Below, piece after piece: positions 56,305 through 64,000 of a stretch of DNA of 64,000 nt; the stretch's first letter is position 1, and each line of letters begins with the position of its first letter. Location: the NCBI RefSeq assembly GCF_006345805.1, contig NC_043006.1, forward strand, positions 73,594,001 to 73,658,000, given 5' to 3'. Under the pieces are notes generated by a model. It was not told where the DNA came from. It saw only the letters and a program-made list of their open reading frames with translations, and did no database searches. Position numbers and translations under genes: made by a program. The stretch is from Octopus sinensis. Taxonomy: Eukaryota.

Positions 56305-56428
56305 GTGTATGTGTGTGTGTATGTGTATGTATGTATACATACATACGTGCATACATATATATGTATATACATATATATATATGTATATATACATATATAC
56401 ATAAATATATATATATATATATATAAAC

Positions 56429-56470
<42 letters not shown>

Positions 56471-56644
56471 ATATATACATATATAATATATATATATATA
56501 TATATAATATATATATTACGTATATATACATATATGTATACATATATATATAAATATTATATATGTATATATATATACATATATATAAATATATATACAT
56601 ACACACATATATATACATATATATACATATATATATATATATTA

Positions 56645-56676
<32 letters not shown>

Positions 56677-56706
56677 GACATAATATATACATATATATAT
56701 ACATAT

Positions 56707-56738
<32 letters not shown>

Positions 56739-56740
56739 TA
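56305..56740. repeat. Degenerate (TA)n/(TACA)n array
   Basis: Direct reading. Confidence 0.95.
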
Positions 56741-57018
56741 TAAAGTTACTATTACTATAAAGAGTCTGCTACATGTTTACAGACACACACACTCAACACG
56801 CGCACACACTCAACACGCGCACACACACGCACACACATACAGATACACACACATATTGTCATTTTGATAATGAGTATGTCAGGTCACTTTACAAAACCAA
56901 AATTCCAAATCAAGGAAAAGAAAGAGCTGCCTAATTTTTTATACTCTCTTATATATTTTGAAATATTTATATTTAATGCCTAAAGATGAGAAAGAAGCAA
57001 GAGAAATATATATATATA

Positions 57019-57190
57019 TAATAAGGGTTTTGCAACAAGTTGCTCAACCACATAGCAAGAAATTTTAGAAATAACAGCCAAAAGACTACTATTTCCTTTT
57101 ACTACAAAAATAAGTCTCCACAGACAACAATATTTGTAACTCAATTTTCGGTATGTGGTTAAGCAACTTGTTGCCAAAAAACCCTTATTA
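57019..57190. repeat. Fold-back with ~36-bp arms in TA-rich context
   Basis: TAATAAGGGTTTTGCAACAAGTTGCTCAACCACATA / TATGTGGTTAAGCAACTTGTTGCCAAAAAACCCTTATTA. Confidence 0.7.
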
Positions 57191-57306
57191 TAATAATAAT
57201 AATTATATAAATTTTTACCGAATATGGTCCTTTTCCATACCGAAATACTACTAGGTGAATTTGTTGATTTTATTAAATTAATTATATTTCACCCTATATC
57301 TATAAT

Positions 57307-57362
<56 letters not shown>

Positions 57363-57365
57363 TAT

Positions 57366-57700
57366 TAGAAAAAAAAGGTTTGAAAATGCAATTTAAACGA
57401 TGTTATATTTACTTAACCGGTTTCACTCTTTGTAAAAGATTGTCAAAAGTTACATTTAAGAACATTGAATAATATGGTTCAAAAAAGTTTTTTACATAAT
57501 TGTCACATTGAGTATATGCATTCAAAAGGTTTTTAAAAACCTTTTGAATGCATAATACTCAATGTGACAATTATGTAAAAAACTTTTTTTGAACCCATAT
57601 ATTCAATGTTCCTTAAATGTAACTTTTGACAATCTTTTACCAAAGAGTGAAACCGTTAGTAAATAAACTCGTTTAAATTGCATTTCAAACCTTTTTCTTA
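57366..57700. repeat. Spacerless ~335-bp palindrome with an HHR-like motif in each arm
   Basis: Centre at 57534/57535; minus arm ACTT-TTGACAA-TCTTT-TAC-AAAGAGT-GAAAC-CG-GTT-AAGT (57411-57450); arms differ almost only by 1-nt indels. Confidence 0.8.
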
Positions 57701-57768
57701 TATAATCCCACTCGTGCGATACCCCACAACTCAACTTTTATATATATATATAATATAATATAACATAT

Positions 57769-57804
<36 letters not shown>

Positions 57805-58314
57805 TGTTGTGGTGTGTCTGTGGAAGTGAGAGTTAATGAAAGATTCAGAAGAAAGAATCCCACTTTAACAACTACTAATTATGTTTGAGACAAACAAAAC
57901 GCTACAAATATAATTCAGATTTATAATGACAAGACTGTTTGCATTACGAAAAGAAGTTTAATGCTGTCAGCCAATGGATTTTCACTTCAGTGGAATAGTG
58001 ATCTGTTAGGAATTCATAATTGTATATTAAATTTCTGCTCAGAATGTTTGTGGTAGTTAGTTTTAGTTTAAGTCGCTGATTAGATTCAGTGTAATAACAA
58101 AGCAATGCTTTGCAGAACTACAGTAAGCTAAACGGTAACGTTGAAAGTAACTATAATAGGTTGAAATAGTGGAAACAGGGATTGGCTATCTGGTAAAGTG
58201 GTTCAATTCTCAATGACATATCGCAGCTTCGATCACACCGTGAGGATACTTTGGTATAATGGTGTCTGCTATCATTGCCTCCACAAAATGAAGTTTTATA
58301 TATATATATATATA

Positions 58315-58919
58315 ATAATATTAAGGAATGGCCTTAATAGGCCATTCAACTCACTAAAACGAGCAGCTAAACTCAAACCGCTAAATAGTAATAATTCAGA
58401 AATCAAAGGAAAATTAAAAACATTTACCCTAATCATCTTTGGACTAGTGATAGTTTCGACGTATTTTTGGTAAACCAGCCTAATTAAATTAAATTAAATT
58501 TAATCAAGTCAATCTACCACTGCCCGGTCTCATCGGCAAAGAAGCGAGGAGGAATAAATATTCCACGAGGCAACAGCATCGATGCGTGGGAATATATACT
58601 CTAAATTTTAAATCTACCGTCATCGCGCCAACTTATCAGCTGCAAATATAAACTGCTGATTTAATTTCAGAATTAGCCAAAAAATCGTTAATTAATCAAT
58701 ATAAGGGTAGCAAAAAATTCAATAGAAATTTTTTCGCCACCAGCGGTCTACTGAGAAAGAAAAAATAGTCAATAGACTATATAATGTACATTCAACAATA
58801 ATATTAAGGAATGGCCTTAATAGGCCATTCAACTCACTAAAACGAGCAGCTAAACTCAAACCGCTAAATAGTAGTAATCAGAAATCAAAGGAAAATTAAT
58901 TTTGCTACCCTTATATTGA

Positions 58920-58923
<4 letters not shown>
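58315..58923 (-). mobile_element. Non-coding HHR-bearing unit, ~1.2 copies of a 483-bp monomer with a short terminal inversion
   Basis: ~100-bp direct repeat at 58321 and 58804; 25-bp inversion 58899-58923 vs 58691-58715; (TA)n both sides. Confidence 0.75.
58436..58542 (-). ncRNA. Type I hammerhead-like motif with U4C core change
   Basis: TCTTTG-CCGATGA-GAC...GTC-GAAA-CTA-TCAC-TAG-TC-CAAAGA; 6-bp stem I, 4-bp stem III. Confidence 0.65.
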
Positions 58924-58977
<54 letters not shown>

Positions 58978-60023
58978 TAAATTAGAGATAAAACCACTAT
59001 TAGGCAAATCAAACAATGAAAAACACAAGCCAATACATAAAATTAATTTAATTTATATTATTTTAAATATATATCAAAGGTATTAAAAGTTTAATAAAAG
59101 ATAAAGAGTAAAACACTTTATGGCTGTACAATTCGAATAACAATAATTTGAATTCAATTAATAATTCGAGTTATGGTTACAGTCAATCTTCAGGTTAATT
59201 GAAATATCTAAAAAATAATCAGAAATATTTAAACAATATTTTAAAGATATAAATAATATAATAATATTACTTTTAATAAACTCTATTATCAAACTAGAAA
59301 CATAAAACTTAACAATTATGATTATATCAAAATCGACTATAATGTTAAATATCAATTTTAATTTATAAGGTAGGAAACCCACCAATAATCTAATATCGGT
59401 ATTAATCTATATCTAATTACATAAATATTTAAATTGACTATTATATATATATTATCAATGAAATTATATAAATGTATATAAATATTATAATTAAGATCTA
59501 AAATAATCTCTATAAATAAATATATATGCACATATAATAAAAACCTAATAAATTAATTTTTCATATTTAAAGATGAAATAGCTAATTTCAAAATACAAAT
59601 AAACAAACTTAAACGAACTTTCGGAAATCTTATGTAAAATACTTATAGAAATAATCAATTCGTAGTAATATAGTATCGAATAAATACTATAAATACTATA
59701 AATATAATTATCAATGGGAATAACTAGCGAATGTCAATTTAATAAAACAATAACTAAGTTATGCTATTAAATTAGACATGGCTTGGACCAATCTTTAGTC
59801 GCAACATATCTAAGTTTATCAAAGTTTATCTAATTTAATTATAAGAAATTTAAAACTACAATTAATACTATTAAAACATGTATATACAAAAGCCTAACTT
59901 TATACACCTCGTATACTTGCTATCAAACAACAAATCTATCGCTAAGTAGTATCTTACGAATAAACTTAAATTTAATATCTAATAATATAGAAAATTACGA
60001 TAATTAGATCATTACATAAACAA

Positions 60024-60371
60024 AGGGTAAAGACCCCCTTCGGTCGGTCATGAATGACCATGGGATTGCACCTAGAAAGTTACCCTCCTAGACACAAGTC
60101 CGGGCAAGGTTGTTTTTTATGGAAGACCAGCAGTCGCCCATGCATACCAGCCTCTCCTCTCCACGCCACCAGTGTTATCCAAGGGAAAGACAAAGGTCGA
60201 TACAGCTTGGCACCAGTGACGTCGCAACTCATTTCTACAGCTGAGTGAACTGGAGCAACGTGAAATAAAGTGCCTTGCTCAAGAACACAACACGCAGCCC
60301 GGTCCGGGATTCGAGCTCACAACCTCACGATCGAAAGTTCAACGCTCTAACCACTGAGCCATGCGCCTTCA
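60024..60371 (-). mobile_element. SINE family D, full copy (left arm of inverted dimer)
   Basis: Reverse complement of 60420-60760 with about 6 substitutions and 2 small indels. Confidence 0.9.
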
Positions 60372-60419
60372 AGTCGGCGAGTTGGCAGAAGCGTTAGCAC
60401 GCCGAGCGAAATTCTTATG

Positions 60420-60760
60420 TGAAGGCGCATGGCTCAGTGGTTAGAGCGTCGAGCTTACGATCGTGAGGTTGTGAGCTCGAATCCCGGACCGGGCTGCGTG
60501 TTGTGTTCTTGAGCAAAGCACTTTATTTCACGTTGCTCCAGTTCACTCAGCTGTAGAAATGAGTTGCGACGTCACTGGTGCCAAGCTGTATCGACCTTTG
60601 TCTTTCCCTTGGATAACACTGGTGGCGTGGAGAGGGGAGGCTGGTATGCATGGGCGACTGCTGGTCTTCCATAAACAACCTTGCCCGGACTTGTGTCTAG
60701 GAGGGTAACTTTCTAGGTGCAATCCCATTGTCATTCATGACCGAAGGGGGTCTTTACCCT
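60420..60760 (+). mobile_element. SINE family D, full copy (right arm of inverted dimer)
   Basis: A box TGGCTCAGTGG, B box GAGCTCGAATCC, CORE-like GTGTTCTTGAGCAA.GCACTT block, tail GGGGTCTTTACCCT. Confidence 0.9.
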
Positions 60761-61132
60761 TTACATAAACAACGATATTTACATAAGGAAAATATTATTA
60801 CACCAAAGACTTATACAATATTTGAAGATCTTAAATATATATAAATACTTATCTTAGCGTGGTTTAGTAATGAAACGATCGTAGTTTTTACTCTTTATCT
60901 TTTATTAAACTTTTAATACCTTTGATATATATTTAAAATAATATAAATTAAATTAATTTTATGTATTGGCTTATGTTTTTCATTGTTTGATTTGCCTAAT
61001 AGTGGTTTTATCTCTAATTTAATATAATATAATATAATATATTTATACTATAAAATTGGATTTAATCCTAAATCTGATTTTCCCCTGTATTTTTGGATTT
61101 ATTCCCTAATATTTTATTATATATATATAACG

Positions 61133-61407
61133 TCCCACTTTTCAAGCCTAGCCAGTCTCATGGGCCCGGTTTCCCGGTTTCTGTGGCGTTTGTGTTCCCT
61201 CCAGCGTTACTCAAGAAACAGGAAGAGAGAGGGAGAGCAAGTTGTGGCGAAAGAGTACAACAGGGGTGCCCCCCACCCTGCCGGAGCATCTTGGAGCTTT
61301 TAGGTGTTTTCGCTCAATAAACACACTCAACGCCCGGTCTGGGAATCGAAGCCGCGATCCTCCGACCGCGAGTCCGCTGCCCTAACCACTGGGCCATTGC
61401 GCCTCCA
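61133..61407 (-). mobile_element. SINE-A head with a third tail type
   Basis: SINE-A head joined to tail GAAACCGGGAAACCGGGCCCATGAGACTGGCTAGGCTT shared with 31045-31298. Confidence 0.7.
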
Positions 61408-61432
61408 CACACACACACACATACATATATAT

Positions 61433-61723
61433 ATCACCGTGACCGACCAGGCTATCAGATGTTATTCATCGCTGGTCACAATGCACTTGCATTGCTTTAG
61501 CCTCAAATGATGCCACCCCGCTGGCTAAGCGAGCAGGCCAACAGAAGAAAGAGTGAGAGAAAGTTGTGCGATAGAGTACAGCAGGGATCTCCACGACCTC
61601 CCGCTGGAGCCTCGTGGAGCTTTAGGTGTTTTCGCTCAATAAACACTCACAATGCCGGTCTGGGAATCGAAGCCGCGATCCTATGACCGTGCCCTAACCA
61701 CTGGCCATTGCCCCTCTCTCTCT

Positions 61724-61765
<42 letters not shown>

Positions 61766-62080
61766 CCCACACACACACCACACACATACAATATATATCA
61801 CCGTGACCGACCAGGCTATCAGATGTTATTCATCGCTGTTCACAATGCACTTTGCATTGCTTTAGCCTTCAAATGATGCCACCCCGCTGGCTAAGCGAGC
61901 AGGCCAACAGAAGAAAGAGTGAGAGAAAGTTGTGGCGATAGAGTACAGCAGGGATCTCCACGACCTCCCGCTGGAGCCTCGTGGAGCTTTAGGTGTTTTC
62001 GCTCAATAAACACTCACAATGCCCGGTCTGGGAATCGAAGCCGCGATCCTATGACCGCTGCCCTAACCACTGGGCCATTG
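61433..62080 (-). mobile_element. Two SINE-A (tail type 2) copies in local tandem duplication, period ~364 bp
   Basis: Both share private variants (GATGTTATTCATCGCTG, CTCCACGACCTCCCGCTGG, GATCCTATGACCG). Confidence 0.8.
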
Positions 62081-62082
62081 CA

Positions 62083-62159
<77 letters not shown>

Positions 62160-62180
62160 ATATATATATATATATATAAC

Positions 62181-62372
62181 CAGAAAATAGAGAAAATCTC
62201 AGATTAACAAACACATTGATTGGACCACATTTATAGCTTATTTTATAATACAAAGAATGATATAACAAAATAGATGACGTATTACGTTACGTCACCTATT
62301 TTGTTATGTCATACTTTATATTAATAAAAACTATAAATGCAGTCCAATCGATGAGGTTTTCTCCATTTTCTG
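62181..62372. repeat. Imperfect ~190-bp palindrome (MITE-like)
   Basis: CAGAAAAT.GAGAAAA.CTCA...ATAACAAAATAG.TGACGTA mirrored around ~62284. Confidence 0.75.
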
Positions 62373-62515
62373 ATTATTTGCATTTGTTCCCGATAAACTC
62401 TTGTTTATCCTGTTGCTATCTGCATTCTACGTGTATAGTGTGCCTACACACCAATGCCCGGGGTATATTACGTAGTTTTATCCCTTAGTCTGTTATTGTA
62501 ACCGCTAACTCTTTA

Positions 62516-62564
<49 letters not shown>

Positions 62565-62675
62565 TCATCATCATCACGTGACCGACCAGTCCATCAGATG
62601 TAGGACACACCGCTGGTCACAATGCGTTCGCTAAGCATTTTGTCAAGCGTGCTAACGACTCTCCTAGCACGCCGA

Positions 62676-62729
<54 letters not shown>

Positions 62730-63049
62730 GGAATTTATATCTCCACACTTTTCATTTGTAATGACAAAATATGAACTATCAGAATGTTCATACATGGACA
62801 AGCACCATTTCTACCACTTCTGCCCTCCACTTTCCTTGAATAATGGAACTGCAACTATAACATCCTACATATATTTTTATTTTTACTTTTATTCTCTTAT
62901 TTCCCTTTATACTTATTTCCATCCTTTTCCAAAATAACTCCTTATATTGAACTCTGTGTGTGTGTTTGTGTGTTTGTGTGTGTAAAGGTTGGAAAATGAA
63001 ACAGCCTGATAAAGATACTCAACTCAAAACATGGAAGTCAATGAGAAGA

Positions 63050-63480
63050 CCATCTCCTCTATTTACAGGGCTATCCGCAGGAAAGGACTCGACATTCTAT
63101 TGGCCAATTCAGAACCATTCCTATCTTAACACCTATCAACGAGGCGGTCACGTTCAGTACAACAGCCCTGTACACTAACGAACTGCCTCGTTCGCGACAC
63201 TAACATGTGTCTACGTAGTGCATAGTATGATTCAAATGCACCATTTCTGTGGTTCAAATGCACCAACTACTACATCGGTAGCACAGCGCGACCACCCCAC
63301 GTCCGAATTAAGGAGTATCGCAAACACATGACCAGATGCGACAGCACCATCAAGGAAATAAACGCCTCCATACTGGCTTCAGAGAGGGACACTGATAATC
63401 TACATATAAAAGAAATTCTATCGATCCACCGCCTCTATCTGAAAATTAACAGCCGATCGGAGTTGAGCTGTAGCCACCAC
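63050..63480 (+). pseudogene. Decayed PLE GIY-YIG region
   Basis: CTNYYIGSTARPPHVRIKEY and ILASERDTDNLHIKEILSIHRL.LKINSRSEL. Confidence 0.6.
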
Positions 63481-63744
63481 CACCACCACCGCCACCACCA
63501 CGGAATTTGAACAGGTTTATGGAACCTGCGTAACTAGACATTTCCCAGACTATTTTCTTCTGAGTATGGGCCTTTGCGCCTGACATATAAAAGTTTTGTG
63601 AAACTTTCTGCATTTCTTATTTTTTCTTTTTCCCTTCTTCGATATTACAATACTTCAAGCAATCTACAATGCGCTCTGTCTCTCTCACACACACACGCAC
63701 ACAAGCACACATATATCAGCATATGCACACACATATCAGCATAT

Positions 63745-63803
<59 letters not shown>

Positions 63804-64000
63804 GTTAATGTAAATATAATCTCGTGCATTTCATATGAGCGCATAATTAAGATTTTTAACCATTATAACTAAGCGTCTTTCTTAAGCCTTTTTTGACTCA
63901 TACCAGGGTATGAGCCAAGATTTCATATTCCAGAATCTACGAAATCTCTACACTCCTGTCGTGACCTATTTTTACAGAGAAGTTTTCTTATTCATGGAAA

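Larger units (their letters stand above)
58971..61028 (+). mobile_element. AT-rich decayed PLE-like element with ~145-bp inverted termini
   Basis: Inverted repeats 58971-59114/60884-61028; GAAAC-GATC-GTA at 60872-60883; RKPT remnant near 59382; ends in (TA)n. Confidence 0.65.

Noticed and set aside
63540-63600. CTGAGTA-TGGGC..GCC-TGACATATA after the PLE remnant
   Set aside because: Too degenerate to support an HHR call

Overview
AT-rich, repeat-saturated eukaryotic genomic DNA, most likely intronic or intergenic. No host protein-coding gene, rRNA or true tRNA gene could be recognised. The SINE families and (TA)n/(TATC)n/(CA)n load resemble an Octopus (coleoid cephalopod) genome; this is inference from repeat recognition. 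Contents: (1) at least four tRNA-headed SINE families, labelled A-D here; (2) LINE fragments of CR1/L2-group, R4/Dong-like, RTE-like and Tx1/L1-like type; (3) a probable non-autonomous Helitron and several MITE-like elements; (4) many Penelope-like element (PLE) remnants. The main structural signal is a set of type I hammerhead ribozyme (HHR) motifs in PLE pseudo-LTRs (pLTRs), repeatedly arranged as head-to-head, tail-out fold-backs of 0.12-3.1 kb. One family (42.9-46.2, 35.6-36.7 and 47.7-47.9 kb) also carries a conserved ~140-nt 3' extension with two hairpins, present on only one arm. There is also a 483-bp-period retrozyme-like unit, a head-to-head SINE dimer inside a single 12-bp target-site duplication (TSD), and a SINE flanked by a ~172-bp direct repeat. 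All alignments and folds were done by eye; coordinates of decayed elements are approximate.
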